DNA of 64,000 nt, taken from assembly GCA_965249575.1 (NCBI GenBank), contig OZ252244.1, positions 320,001 through 384,000 of the forward strand. The letters run 5' to 3'. Numbering within the stretch: position 1 is the first letter of the stretch; every line of letters starts with the position of its first letter. The notes under the pieces were generated by a model, which ran no database searches, was not told where the DNA came from, and saw only the letters and a list, made by a program, of their open reading frames with translations. Position numbers and translations under genes: made by a program. Source of the DNA: Gemmatimonadales bacterium (GTDB lineage: Bacteria > Gemmatimonadota > Gemmatimonadetes > Gemmatimonadales > GWC2-71-9). Shown piece after piece: positions 28,761-39,594 of this stretch.

Positions 28761-29561
28761 GTGGCGAGAACCACGCTGCGTAACCCCCACACGGAACGGC
28801 GGACCGGACAGCGTCGGCTGAGCCACGAGAGGCGGAACGCCCGCATTCGCGGGAAACTGGACCGCCGAACCGGGGTCGTCTTGTCAGTCGTCGAGGAGCG
28901 CCGCTCCGGACCCGAGCGGAGGCGGTTGGAACGGCGGCGGGATCCAGAACGACGCGTCGTGCCAGGGCGAAGGGTGTCCGACCGCGCGCGCTACACCCCA
29001 AGCCCCTACTCGCCCGCGGAGACCGCCTGGATCCGAGACCGGCTGGTCCGCAGCCGGACTCGGCCTGCCTGCCCCAAGTGCGGCGGCACCCTCACGGTCG
29101 GCCTCGGGGCGGTTCGATTCGGCATCGCCGTGCGCGAGGTAAGCTGTGCGCGGTGTCGCCGCACCCTGATGGTGCGCGAGCGTGCAGGCGCCCGCGTCGT
29201 CGTTGTCGACCGTGAACTCGGCGCCCGCGGTGCCCTGTGTAACGTGCTGACGCAAGCCGGCTACGATGCCGAGCAAGCGGAAGACGGCGATGCGGCCCTG
29301 CGGCTGAGCCAAACCAATAGGCCCGACGTTTTGATCGTCTCGATGGCAAATCTGGGGTCGGCCCCCCTCGAGCTCATCCGGCGCCTGCGGCGGGAGCTCC
29401 CGGGTGTCGGCGTCGTCGCCATGGCCGGGCCCCGCCGCTACGGAGCGCCGGACGTGCTCGCCCAAGCCCGCAGCATGGCTGCGATCGAGATTCTCCGCGC
29501 CCCGTTCAAGCCCGAAGAGCTACTGCGAGCGGTCGAGGCCGCAACGATCCGCCCGACCTGA
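28761..29561 (+). CDS. Atypical response regulator: ERR repeats, Zn-ribbon and degenerate receiver domain
   Basis: ERR/DRR repeats; CPKC...CARC; REC-like VVVVD...AEDGDAAL...PDVLI...PFKPEELL. Confidence 0.7.
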   Translation: MARTTLRNPHTERRTGQRRLSHERRNARIRGKLDRRTGVVLSVVEERRSGPERRRLERRRDPERRVVPGRRVSDRARYTPSPYSPAETAWIRDRLVRSRTRPACPKCGGTLTVGLGAVRFGIAVREVSCARCRRTLMVRERAGARVVVVDRELGARGALCNVLTQAGYDAEQAEDGDAALRLSQTNRPDVLIVSMANLGSAPLELIRRLRRELPGVGVVAMAGPRRYGAPDVLAQARSMAAIEILRAPFKPEELLRAVEAATIRPT

Positions 29562-29562
29562 G

Positions 29563-30942
29563 CTAGTTTCGGCTCACCTTCGTCCGAGCAGGCCCGCCGT
29601 CGGGACCGTTGTCCCAGTCCTGGACGGTGGAGATGTTGGGCATCCCCCAATCGTGCCCGTTCCAGCCGTCGAACCCCTCCATCTTGAACGCCCAGAAACC
29701 GGAGTGCATGTCGGCAGCCACGATGAGGCCGTCGGCGTTTCGCACGTCGACGCCGAAAACGCCGCTCGCCTCGCCCCCTACACTGTAGGGCGTGACGTGG
29801 TCGTAGGTATCGTAGAAGGCCACGGCGTGCGGCCGCCGGGGATTCCGCATGTCGAGCACCTGTAGCCCGTCTTCGTAGGCCGACACGAACACGTAGGGCC
29901 AACGAATCTCCATGTTGTGAGAAGATTTGATCCAGTCGGCCGTCCATTCGGCAATCGGCCGTAGAACGGTCTCTTTACCCTCCAGGGCGGGCTGCAGGTC
30001 GAAGAACCGGATTGGCGTGTGCCCGAGGGACGTCATTTCCGTGAGGCCGTATCGACCGTCGGGCGTGGCAACGAACGTATGCCCTCCCGACTGCTGGCTG
30101 GGGACGGGGCGGATCGTGGCGAGGAGCCGCGGAGCCGAAACATCGGTGACGTCGAACACGTAATTGCCACCCTCGTAGGTGCCCTCGGGACCACCGCCGT
30201 AAAATCGATCCTGACCCGACTCCGGATGATAAGCGACATACGGATCGTGATATCCGCGCCGCGCGCCACGTGGCTCCGGGAGCGGTACGCGCCCTACCAA
30301 TCCCCGGTCGGCATCCCCAGCCAGCAACCGCTCCATGTCGTAGATACTGGCGCCGTGCTCGTCACTGATCGCCGATTCCGCGGTCGTGAATAGCAGGACA
30401 CGGCCATCTGAATGCTTATACGCAAAAATGTTGTGGCACCCCCCGGGGGTCTCCGGCAGGTGGATCCGGCCCACCTCGCGTATCGTGCTCGTGTCCGGCA
30501 GCCCGGTGACGTCGAAGACGATGACGCAGAGATCCAGATCGGGACCGCTCTGCCGGAACTGGAAGGATTGAACGTCGTAGTACCGGCCGTCGAGCTTGAA
30601 GTGCTTGTTATCCATCCCGCCCAGCCCCTGGTGCAACTCCTGCTGCTCGATGCGCCAACGGTAGATCACTTTCGCCCGTTCCGGCTCGCGAACACTGACG
30701 ATATCCATCCCCATCGCCCGTCCGAGTTTGGCGCGGCCGTAGTCCGAGCGCGCCACGTAGACGTACGGCCGTGACAGTTCCTGTTCCATCTCGATGTCCA
30801 TTACCGTGCCGGCCGCACCGAGCGGGACGTGGTCAAGGAGCTTCACGTTGTCGCTGCGCTGTTGGCCAGGCGGGAACTGCGCAACAAGGGACGAGCCGAC
30901 GAGGGAGAGCATGCCAAGAATGGTTACACCACGGCGAAACAT
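29563..30942 (-). CDS. Secreted LVIVD-like beta-propeller protein, paralog 6
   Basis: Signal peptide MFRRGVTIL...LVA-Q; same family motifs and C-terminal tail. Confidence 0.85.
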   Translation of the reverse strand: MFRRGVTILGMLSLVGSSLVAQFPPGQQRSDNVKLLDHVPLGAAGTVMDIEMEQELSRPYVYVARSDYGRAKLGRAMGMDIVSVREPERAKVIYRWRIEQQELHQGLGGMDNKHFKLDGRYYDVQSFQFRQSGPDLDLCVIVFDVTGLPDTSTIREVGRIHLPETPGGCHNIFAYKHSDGRVLLFTTAESAISDEHGASIYDMERLLAGDADRGLVGRVPLPEPRGARRGYHDPYVAYHPESGQDRFYGGGPEGTYEGGNYVFDVTDVSAPRLLATIRPVPSQQSGGHTFVATPDGRYGLTEMTSLGHTPIRFFDLQPALEGKETVLRPIAEWTADWIKSSHNMEIRWPYVFVSAYEDGLQVLDMRNPRRPHAVAFYDTYDHVTPYSVGGEASGVFGVDVRNADGLIVAADMHSGFWAFKMEGFDGWNGHDWGMPNISTVQDWDNGPDGGPARTKVSRN

Positions 30943-31112
30943 CTGCGATCTCCAGGGACGAAGGAACCGGCACCGACAAGGGTAAGGCCGGATTCGGCCG
31001 AGGCAAGGGGACGCCACCACTTCGTCGGCCTGGGATGATTGCATAGATTTTGGTACGACACCCGCGCTGCCGCTCGGTCAGCGCATTGTGCTTATGCTGC
31101 CATTGAGGAAGA

Positions 31113-32171
31113 ATGATCGTCGAAGCGCAACATCGTTCGATAGACGGTCCGGCCGCCTGGTACGGCTCCCGCATGGCCGAATCGAGTGATTGGGTGTACC
31201 GCTTGAGCGCGGCAGACCTCCGGGAGATCGATTCGGCGGTGACCACCGTCCAGCGTCGCGGCATCGCGCTGGCGAACGTGACGCCCGTCGATTTCCCGCT
31301 CCCCGAGCTCGGCTCGGTGCTCACGAACCTTCGGGATCAGGTCGTAACTGGTCGAGGCTTTGCGCTCATCCGGGGCCTGCCCATCGACGGCGTTCCGATG
31401 GAGCACATTGCACTCAGTTATTGGGGGATCGGCTCCTACTTCGGGCTGCCCGTGTCGCAGAATGCCAAAGGCCACGTTTTGGGCCACGTCAAGGACATCG
31501 GACACGATCCCGCCAACCCGGAGCATCGGATCTACGCAACGAGCGCCAGGCATCGCTATCACACGGATTCGTGTGACGTCGTAGGACTGTTGTGTGTGCG
31601 GCCCGCCAAGTCGGGAGGCCGCAGCAGCCTCGTGAGCTCAGTGACCGTCCACAACGAGATGTTGAAGACACGTCCCGATTTAGTCAGCGTCCTCGCCCAG
31701 CCTTTCTGCTACGACCGGAAGGGTGAAATCCCGGCGGGCAAGAAGGCCTACTACTGGATGCCGATCTTCAACAACTACGCTGGACACCTGACTACGATCT
31801 ACGCCCGGGACTTCATTGAAGCGGCCCAGCGCTTTCAAGAGGTGCCGCGGCTCAGCGAAGCGCAGATCGAGGCCATGGACCATCTGGACCGGATGGCAGC
31901 CAACATCGACCTCCGACTCGACATGGACCTGCGGCCCGGCGACATCCAATTGCTCCACAACCACCAGATCCTTCATGCGCGGACCGCTTACGAGGATTAC
32001 GCTGAGCCGGAGCGCAAGCGACACCTGTTGAGGCTCTGGCTGGCCCCGCCAAACGGCCGGCCTCTGCCGCCGGTCTTCGAAGAGCGCTACGGCCAGATCG
32101 AGGTTGGGACCCGTCGGGGAGGAATCACCGTTCCGGGCGCGGTCTTACACGCACCACTCGAGGCCGAGTAG
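31113..32171 (+). CDS. TauD/TfdA family Fe(II)/2-oxoglutarate dioxygenase
   Basis: HTD (HxD), NHQILHAR, RHLLRLW. Confidence 0.92.
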   Translation: MIVEAQHRSIDGPAAWYGSRMAESSDWVYRLSAADLREIDSAVTTVQRRGIALANVTPVDFPLPELGSVLTNLRDQVVTGRGFALIRGLPIDGVPMEHIALSYWGIGSYFGLPVSQNAKGHVLGHVKDIGHDPANPEHRIYATSARHRYHTDSCDVVGLLCVRPAKSGGRSSLVSSVTVHNEMLKTRPDLVSVLAQPFCYDRKGEIPAGKKAYYWMPIFNNYAGHLTTIYARDFIEAAQRFQEVPRLSEAQIEAMDHLDRMAANIDLRLDMDLRPGDIQLLHNHQILHARTAYEDYAEPERKRHLLRLWLAPPNGRPLPPVFEERYGQIEVGTRRGGITVPGAVLHAPLEAE

Positions 32172-32198
32172 GACGTCCCGGTCCTCACGACCCGACAG

Positions 32199-34313
32199 GT
32201 GAGCTACACGCGAGCCCCTCGATCACGGTTGGGGCGCCGTCCGGCGAGGCTCCTCGCGTTGGCGGCGCTCTGGCTGGTGCCGTCGGTCGCGCGCGCGCAG
32301 CAGGCTGGCTGGAACGACCAACGAGCTCGGGTACTCGTCCAACGAGCGATCGACCGTCGGTCACGGCAATTCGCCGACAGCACACTGCGCGACTATGCTG
32401 CTCGGGCTCACGGATACCTGGCCTTCCTCGGCCAGTTCGGTGAGGGCTTCACTGAGCCTCCACGGGCGGCAAAGGTCGACGAACTGGTCGTCGAAGTACT
32501 ATGGCGAGCTCCCGATCTCAGCAAACAGCGACTGATCGGGCGCCGTGACACGCTCCTGCTCCCAGCCGACATCGACTACTACCGCTCTCGGTTCGGCATC
32601 ATTCAAAACAACTTCCCGAACCTCATCCGGATGGGAGACGGCCGGGACGTTCGAGACGTCCCCCACCCGCTGTCCCCTACCGGGCTCGAACTGTACGACT
32701 TCGCGATCACCGACTCCCTAAGCCTTCGCCTCCCGGACCGGACGATCGATGTCTATGCCGTCCGAATCCGGCCGCGGCAAGGCTCCGAGCCACGCGTCAT
32801 CGGCACGGCCTACATCGACCGCGGCTCCGCGGCGGTTGCACGACTGACGTTCACCTTTACCCGACGGGCCCTGCTGGACACGCGAATCGAGACTCTGTCC
32901 GTGGTGCTGGAGAACGCGCTGGTTGAGGCCCGGTACTGGTTGCCCGCGCGGCAAGAGGTCGAGGTGGTGCGGCGAGTCCGGTGGCTCGACTTCCCCGCGC
33001 GCGGCATCATTCGCGCCCGGTGGACGGTCTGCTGCTACGAGCTGAACGCGGGCCTCGATCGCCGGCTCTTCCTCGGACCCGAGATCGTGGGGGCGCCGGC
33101 GCCGGCCGACGACTTCTCGTGGACCGGCGACATTTTGGACTCGCTCCCACCTGACGTCGCGCTGCTGACGGACGACGACACACGCCGCGTGCTCGCACAA
33201 GCGCGAGAGGTCGCGGGGGCCAGTGCCATTGACCAACTCCGGGGAGGCGCGTTCTCGGCCCGGCGCATCTCGGATTTCGCTCGGTTCAATCGAGTCGAAG
33301 GGCTGGCGATCGGAGCGGGGGCCGTGCTGCGATTCGGGGGTGGAACGCAACTCGCGAGTTCCGGCCGCGTGGGCCTCGCCGACAAATCCCTGAAAGGTCG
33401 TATCGCGCTGGAGCGGCGACCGGTTCGAGGCCCAATGCTCTCTCTCTACACCGCCCGTGGGTTCCGTGAAGTTGGGGATGAGTTCGAGACCTCCCTCGCG
33501 CGCAACAGTCTCGCGGCGTCCCTATTCGGCGACGATAATACGGACCCATACGAGGTGCGGGCGGTGGGGGTCTCCGCGGATATCGAGGCAAACCCACGGA
33601 TGCACGTGCGTTTCGGGGCGTCTTACGAGTGGCAGCATCGACTGCAGGTAAACACGGCTCCCCTGGCCGGACGTTACGCGCCAACGATCCCGGCCTGGCC
33701 GCTCAGGGGCGCGCGCGCGTCGCTGACGTTGATTTCCCCAGGCAGCGCGGGGCCCTGGGGATCGCGGGTCGCATGGCGGGCTGAGTTCCGCGGGGGCCTA
33801 TCGGAGGGATGGGATACGACGCTTACCGCACAACCGCTCCAGTTCGGCAGAATCTACTTCCATGGGAGTTTGCACCGTTCGCTCGGCTCGCACCAACTGG
33901 TGTTGGAGACGCGCGCCGCCGCTGTGACCGCCGCCGCCGCCGGCGTTCCTCCGCAGGAGCTCGTTCTATTTGGGGGAGTTACCACGGGGCCTGGCTACCG
34001 CTTTCACGAGTTTGCGGGCACGCTCGCCGTCAGCCAGCGGGTCGAGTGGCGCATTCCAATGCCATTCGTTTCGATCCCCCTCGGTCGGTACGGGAGCACC
34101 CCTACGGTGGCGACGCTCGCTCCCTTCACCCACCTAGTTTACACGAGTGGCCCCCCGCCCTTCACCGCGGCACGGAGCGGCCTGTATCCTTCAGTGGGTC
34201 TCGGATTGGAGATCCTGTTCGATCTGCTGCGCATCCAGGTCGCACGGGGGTTGCGGGGAGGGCGCTGGACCTTCTCGGCGGACGTTACCCACCAGCTTTG
34301 GAGTATCCTCTGA
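32199..34313 (+). CDS. Hypothetical outer-membrane protein (probable C-terminal beta-barrel)
   Basis: Signal peptide ending ARA-Q, RFNRVEGL motif, amphipathic beta-strands at the C-terminus. Confidence 0.65.
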   Translation: MSYTRAPRSRLGRRPARLLALAALWLVPSVARAQQAGWNDQRARVLVQRAIDRRSRQFADSTLRDYAARAHGYLAFLGQFGEGFTEPPRAAKVDELVVEVLWRAPDLSKQRLIGRRDTLLLPADIDYYRSRFGIIQNNFPNLIRMGDGRDVRDVPHPLSPTGLELYDFAITDSLSLRLPDRTIDVYAVRIRPRQGSEPRVIGTAYIDRGSAAVARLTFTFTRRALLDTRIETLSVVLENALVEARYWLPARQEVEVVRRVRWLDFPARGIIRARWTVCCYELNAGLDRRLFLGPEIVGAPAPADDFSWTGDILDSLPPDVALLTDDDTRRVLAQAREVAGASAIDQLRGGAFSARRISDFARFNRVEGLAIGAGAVLRFGGGTQLASSGRVGLADKSLKGRIALERRPVRGPMLSLYTARGFREVGDEFETSLARNSLAASLFGDDNTDPYEVRAVGVSADIEANPRMHVRFGASYEWQHRLQVNTAPLAGRYAPTIPAWPLRGARASLTLISPGSAGPWGSRVAWRAEFRGGLSEGWDTTLTAQPLQFGRIYFHGSLHRSLGSHQLVLETRAAAVTAAAAGVPPQELVLFGGVTTGPGYRFHEFAGTLAVSQRVEWRIPMPFVSIPLGRYGSTPTVATLAPFTHLVYTSGPPPFTAARSGLYPSVGLGLEILFDLLRIQVARGLRGGRWTFSADVTHQLWSIL

Positions 34314-34517
34314 TCCTCCGTAGGATGCCGCCGATCGCGGTGATTCACGGTCAATGCAATCACCATGTCCACCGCTCGCGCAGGGTATCGTTAGGATCAT
34401 TCTGGCAGTGGGCGTCCACGAGCGGCAAACACGGCCCCAGCCAGTGCTGGTGGGTGTTGCGGAGGGGGCGGATGCGCGTTCCGTTGCGCGTAACGCGCAG
34501 CTACGTCGTGCCGCTTA

Positions 34518-36293
34518 TCACGCGGCGTGGGCGTGCGGACCTACCGCGCCCCCGCCCTGCAGGAAGATCTCACCGAAAAATCGGCGAACCCCACGGCGCA
34601 GAAACGAAGTGAGGTAGACGATGGACAGCGCGGCGACGGAGAACATCTGCAGGGGCGAAGCCGCGCGTGCCACGACCTCATCCAGCGCTTGTACCGGCAG
34701 GGCTGGGAACGCGGCGTTGACGGCATACCCAATGCCCGCGGAGAATCCGATCATCGCGACCGAAAACGCGACGGCTGCCTTCCGTCCGTGGTACTCCGCG
34801 ATGACGCCAAACGTCGTCACGTTCGTAGCCGGACCGGTTAGCAGGAACGCCATCGCGGCCCCGGGTGAAACGCCGGCCGAGAGAAGCGCGGCCACGAGCG
34901 GCGTCGCAGCGGAGGCGCACACGTAGGCGGGAATCCCCAGCAGCGTGAATAAGAGAACGTCGAGCCCCGGACCCAGTTGTGTCATTCGGCTCGCCGAGAC
35001 GAGCGGCTCGGCGATCGCCGCTACACCCAGACCGAGCAGAATCCACGGCGCAGTGTGATCCACGGCCTCACCCAGCCCCCATCGAAGTCCACCACGCAGC
35101 CGCGCGCCCGCGGGTTGCTCCGGAACGGCTTTTGTCGCAGTCGTTCCGTCGGGCGGTGCCGGCCGAGCCGGGATCCAACCACCGACTACCCGGCCGACGA
35201 GCAGCGCAAGGAGAATCGCCGTGGCGACGCGCAACAGGGTCATCGGCCCGCCCAGTAACGGAATGGAAATGAACACCGCATCCAAGCCCAACTCGGGCGT
35301 AGCGATCAGGAACGCAATAGCCGCCGTCGGTGGCGCGCCCCTTCGAATGAGCGACCCGTAGAGCGGAACGACCCCACAAGAGCAGATCGGCATTGGCAGG
35401 CCGACCGCCATTCCCCGAAACGCCCGGCCCCATCCGCCACCCGCCCGCATCCACCTCACCGAGGACTCCGGGAGGAACGCCGACAGAATTCCGGCCGCAA
35501 CATGCGCCAGCAGCAGTGCTGGCGCGCTCTCCAGCGCGAGCACGCCGAAAGTGCGTATCGCGCGGGTAGCAGCCAGCCCACCTTCCGCCCAAGCACCCCC
35601 GCCCACGATGGCAGCGAGAAATCCTGCCGCCAGGACCGCGCCCAACCCCTCCCGCCAGCCGTAGCGCGGGGTCGCCCCTCGCTCGGGGCTGAGGTGTGGA
35701 CGATGGAACACGACGTGTAGCAGGGATCCGCCGACAAACGCCTCGAACCACAGCACCGCCTGGCCACTGAGCGCCGACGTCAGCTTCGGCCCGAGCGCAA
35801 ACCCACCCACCGTGCTCGCGGCAACCAGCGACACGACGGCCAGTGGCGCGACCACCCCGAAGGGCCGGACCAGCCACCACAGGGTCAAACCGATCGGCAC
35901 TCGGTGCAGCACAATCGCGTACGGCAGCTGCGAACCGTGAGCATTCGGTGTGGTGGCTCCACCGCCCGGCGTGAGAGCGGCGCCGTCCACCATTGCGTGG
36001 ATCAGGAGGCCGACCAGAGCGAGCCCGAAGGCGCCCAGAAACGTGGTCTGCTCCGCGCGCCTGAATCCGTGCTCCGCGATCGTGGGGATGACCAAGCCCG
36101 CCAGGGCGAACACGATCATCAACCAGTCGCCCCGTCCGAGCATGGGTGGAAGGATACGCAGCAAGACGAGTCCGCTGATGGCAACCAGCACGAACCCGTC
36201 GAGAAACGTCATCCACGGCTGCCGGCTTCGAAGCAATCGGTAGACGACCGGCCCTGCCCCAAGGGCGACCAGGCTGGCGACGAGAAAGAGCAT
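34518..36293 (-). CDS. Metal permease: ZIP-like N-terminal half fused to DUF318/ArsP (SO_0444-type) permease
   Basis: N-terminal HAMVDG, LHRVP, LLHVVFH; C-terminal ESAPALL, PICSCGV, ATPELG, YVCASAATP, GPATN. Confidence 0.8.
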   Translation of the reverse strand: MLFLVASLVALGAGPVVYRLLRSRQPWMTFLDGFVLVAISGLVLLRILPPMLGRGDWLMIVFALAGLVIPTIAEHGFRRAEQTTFLGAFGLALVGLLIHAMVDGAALTPGGGATTPNAHGSQLPYAIVLHRVPIGLTLWWLVRPFGVVAPLAVVSLVAASTVGGFALGPKLTSALSGQAVLWFEAFVGGSLLHVVFHRPHLSPERGATPRYGWREGLGAVLAAGFLAAIVGGGAWAEGGLAATRAIRTFGVLALESAPALLLAHVAAGILSAFLPESSVRWMRAGGGWGRAFRGMAVGLPMPICSCGVVPLYGSLIRRGAPPTAAIAFLIATPELGLDAVFISIPLLGGPMTLLRVATAILLALLVGRVVGGWIPARPAPPDGTTATKAVPEQPAGARLRGGLRWGLGEAVDHTAPWILLGLGVAAIAEPLVSASRMTQLGPGLDVLLFTLLGIPAYVCASAATPLVAALLSAGVSPGAAMAFLLTGPATNVTTFGVIAEYHGRKAAVAFSVAMIGFSAGIGYAVNAAFPALPVQALDEVVARAASPLQMFSVAALSIVYLTSFLRRGVRRFFGEIFLQGGGAVGPHAHAA

Positions 36294-36372
36294 CGCCGGT
36301 GAGTCCTCGACTGAGATGATCAGGGCCGTGCGAGGCGGACCCACGCTGCCAACGCCGCCCGGAACGGAAAGA

Positions 36373-36390
36373 TGATTGGAGATCCAATCA
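36373..36390. promoter_or_regulatory. Palindromic operator candidate
   Basis: TGATTGGA-GA-TCCAATCA, a perfect 8-2-8 AT-rich inverted repeat in a divergent intergenic region. Confidence 0.5.
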
Positions 36391-36521
36391 GGGTGTACGG
36401 TATCACGGGGCCTGAATCATGACAAGGCGCTTCGACTCTGGCTGCGGGGTCCCTGCCGCCCGGCTGGACGGAACCCTCGAAATCAGTGCAGATTCTCGAA
36501 TCTTTGGAGAGGACACTGCCA

Positions 36522-36878
36522 ATGGCCGAGACCATCTTCGGCAAGATCATCCGAGGCGAGATTCCCGCGGATATCGTGTATCAGGACGCGCATGTGACGG
36601 CCTTTCGCGACATTCAACCCCAGGCGCCGACGCACGTGCTCGTGGTCCCCAATCAGGCGATCGAATCGGCCGCAGACGTCACCGAGGACCACGAGCCCGT
36701 CTTGGGACGCATGTTCACCGTCGCCAGGAGAGTGGCTGAGCAGGAGGGGATCGCCGAGGGGGGGTACCGGCTGATCGTGAACTGCCGGGCGGACGGGGGC
36801 CAGGAGGTGGACCACCTCCACATGCACCTGCTCGGTGGCCGGCCAATGGGACCGATGCTCTCTCGGAGGTCCACGTGA
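36522..36878 (+). CDS. Histidine triad nucleotide-binding protein (HinT)
   Basis: Motifs [27 protein letters not shown]. Confidence 0.95.
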   Translation: MAETIFGKIIRGEIPADIVYQDAHVTAFRDIQPQAPTHVLVVPNQAIESAADVTEDHEPVLGRMFTVARRVAEQEGIAEGGYRLIVNCRADGGQEVDHLHMHLLGGRPMGPMLSRRST

Positions 36879-37447
36879 GGGACGTAGGGGGCGAAAGCGA
36901 GTATATTTCGTTAGACGCGCACGGACCTCGGGCGAGGATTGACCTCATGGTTCGAACGATTGGACACGATCGTCAGCTAGACACTCGCACGCGAGTCGCG
37001 AGGAGGGCCGCGGGACTGGGGCTGGTCCTGTTGCTACTCGGCGCCGAGGCGTCGTCAGAGGGTCCACTCGCCCTCGCCGACCCGGTCGATGTTGACTGGA
37101 AGATGCTGAGCGGGCTCGATTACCGGACAGGTGACATGACCGACGAGCTGAGAAAGCTCGACGGCGAATACGTCCGGATCGCGGGATACATGGTGCCGCT
37201 CGACGATTTCGCGGACGGTGTCACCGAGTTCCTGCTGGTGCCCTACGTTGGCGCGTGTATACATACCCCACCCCCTCCACCCAACCAGATCGTGTACGTG
37301 CCCATGGAGCGTGGCCAGATGGTGAACGTCGAATGGTGGGATCCCATCTGGGTGCATGGCTTTCTCGAGATCAGCTCCGTCGAGAGCGCATACGGGGTCG
37401 TCGGCTTCCAGCTCCTGGGCGATCAGGTCGAGCCGTATCACTACTAG
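36875..37447 (+). CDS. DUF3299 domain protein (ZrgD-like)
   Basis: Motifs [36 protein letters not shown]. Confidence 0.9.
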   Translation: MRDVGGESEYISLDAHGPRARIDLMVRTIGHDRQLDTRTRVARRAAGLGLVLLLLGAEASSEGPLALADPVDVDWKMLSGLDYRTGDMTDELRKLDGEYVRIAGYMVPLDDFADGVTEFLLVPYVGACIHTPPPPPNQIVYVPMERGQMVNVEWWDPIWVHGFLEISSVESAYGVVGFQLLGDQVEPYHY

Positions 37448-37558
37448 CCGGCGCCCCCGGTGCCAGTGCCGTTTTCGGACCGGCTACGCCCCTACAGAGA
37501 TCGCGCGCCACGCTGAGCGCCTCGCTCCTCGTCCAGCCGTGAGCCCCGTGGACCTTTG

Positions 37559-38284
37559 ATGCACGCGGACCCCGGACCGGTCGACGGCCGCCCCGTCGCG
37601 AACGCGATCGAGTTACGGAATCTCACGTTTGGGTACCGGGTCGGCACCCCGATCCTCGACATCCCGCATTTGGAGATCGCCCGCAGACAGCGCGTGTTCG
37701 TCTATGGACCGAGTGGCAGCGGGAAGACCACACTGCTCGGTCTCATGGCCGGCGTCTTGCGCGCGAACGCGGGCACGGTCAGTGTCCTCGGGCAGGATTT
37801 CACTTCGATATCGGGATCGAAACGCGACGCGTTTCGCGCGCTACACATCGGTTACATCTTTCAGATGTTCAACCTCATCCCCTACCTGACGGTCCTCGAA
37901 AACATCGAGCTCCCGTGCCGGATCAACCGGACCCGTCGCCATCGGCTCGGCAAGACTCGGCTACGCGAGGCCGCCGTCGAGATCGCCGACCACCTGGGAA
38001 TAGCACAGCTGGCTGCGGAACGTGTTACCGACCTGAGTGTCGGGCAGCAGCAGCGCGTCGCGGCAGCGCGGGCCCTTCTTGGCTCCCCGGAGATCGTCGT
38101 CGCGGACGAACCCACCTCGTCGCTCGACGCCGACAGGCGGGAGAGCTTCCTCGATCTCCTGTTTCGGAACTGCGCCGAGGCCGGGTCAACACTGGTGTTC
38201 GTGAGCCATGACCAACTGCTCACATCCCACTTCGACCAAACCATCTCGCTCCCCGACATCAACACTGCTTCCCTGGCGAAGTAG
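37559..38284 (+). CDS. ABC transporter ATP-binding protein (LolD/ZrgB-like)
   Basis: Motifs GPSGSGKT, LSVGQQQRVAAARAL, ADEPT. Confidence 0.95.
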   Translation: MHADPGPVDGRPVANAIELRNLTFGYRVGTPILDIPHLEIARRQRVFVYGPSGSGKTTLLGLMAGVLRANAGTVSVLGQDFTSISGSKRDAFRALHIGYIFQMFNLIPYLTVLENIELPCRINRTRRHRLGKTRLREAAVEIADHLGIAQLAAERVTDLSVGQQQRVAAARALLGSPEIVVADEPTSSLDADRRESFLDLLFRNCAEAGSTLVFVSHDQLLTSHFDQTISLPDINTASLAK

Positions 38285-39547
38285 ATGCTCGTACCCCTCC
38301 TCGCCTGGAAATCCCTCCGCAACCGGCTGCTGACCACGGCGCTCACGGTCGGAACGATCGCGCTGAGCGTCGCATTGCTCGTCGGCGTGGAGAACGTCCG
38401 CATCGGGATGCGTGAGAGCTTTGCCAACACCATCCGGCAGACCGACCTCATTGTTGGGGCGCGCGGTGGCACCATGCAACTCGTGCTCTATTCCGTGTTC
38501 GGCATGGGATCGCCGACCAACAACCTCTCGTACGCGTCCTACGAGCGGTTCCACTCCCACCCGGCCGTCGCATGGACCATCCCGTACTCTCTTGGCGACA
38601 ACCATCGTGGATTCCGAGTAGTCGGGACGAACCACGCCTTCTTCGAGCGATATCGTTTCCGGAACGACCGCCACGTCGAGCTGGAGCGCGGCAGCAGGTT
38701 TCAGAGCGTGTTCGAAGTGGTATTGGGGAGCGACGTGGCGAGCGAACTGGGTTACGAGATCGGCCAGCCGGTTCCCGTAGCACACGGGCTCAGTGCAACG
38801 GGATTCGTCACCCACGACGACAAACCCTTCACCGCCGTGGGTATTCTGAGAAAGACCTCAACGCCTTTGGACCGGGCTCTCTTTCTCCCCCTGGAGGGCG
38901 TCGAGGCCATCCACGTCGACTGGCGTGATGGAGCCCCCCCTTTCCCCGGAACGGAGATCAGTGCGGAAGAGATCGTGGAGAGCGAGCTGGAGGTACGTCA
39001 GATTACCTCGTTCTTCCTCGGCACAAAGTCTCGCATGGACGCGCTGCGCCTGCAGCGTGAGATCAACACGTTTGGTGGCGAGCCCCTGCTCGCTGTACTC
39101 CCCGGAGTGGCCCTGAACCAGATGTGGCGCGCAATCAGTTATGCGGAGGACGGACTGAGGGTCATCACGATCTTCGTCGTGATCGTCGGACTCTTGGGGA
39201 TGTTGGTGTCTGTGTACACGTCGCTGAACGCCAGACGGCGCGAAATGGCGATACTCCGCGCCGTCGGCGCGGGACCGGGCCGCATTATCGGACTACTCGT
39301 TCTAGAGGCCGGGTTTCTGGCGGTCGCGGGCAGCATCCTGGGCGTCGTCATGGTGTACACCCTCTTGATCGGCGCCCAACCTATCATCGAGAGTCAATTC
39401 GGGCTCTATCTGCCCATCCGACCACTCGGCGCGATCGAGTACACCTACCTCGCTGGGGTGGTGGCGGCCGGTTTTCTCATGGGTTTCGTACCCGCGTTCA
39501 AAGCATACCGCACTTCCCTCACGGACGGATTGAGCGTTCGCGTCTAG
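38285..39547 (+). CDS. ABC transporter permease, MacB/FtsX type (ZrgC-like)
   Basis: Motifs LAWKSL.NR, DLIVGARGG, SLGDNHRGFRVVGT, RRREMAILRAVGA. Confidence 0.92.
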   Translation: MLVPLLAWKSLRNRLLTTALTVGTIALSVALLVGVENVRIGMRESFANTIRQTDLIVGARGGTMQLVLYSVFGMGSPTNNLSYASYERFHSHPAVAWTIPYSLGDNHRGFRVVGTNHAFFERYRFRNDRHVELERGSRFQSVFEVVLGSDVASELGYEIGQPVPVAHGLSATGFVTHDDKPFTAVGILRKTSTPLDRALFLPLEGVEAIHVDWRDGAPPFPGTEISAEEIVESELEVRQITSFFLGTKSRMDALRLQREINTFGGEPLLAVLPGVALNQMWRAISYAEDGLRVITIFVVIVGLLGMLVSVYTSLNARRREMAILRAVGAGPGRIIGLLVLEAGFLAVAGSILGVVMVYTLLIGAQPIIESQFGLYLPIRPLGAIEYTYLAGVVAAGFLMGFVPAFKAYRTSLTDGLSVRV

Positions 39548-39594
39548 GGCCGCTCGCGAATTCGACGTCACCGTCGCCGTACGGCCCCACCGCA

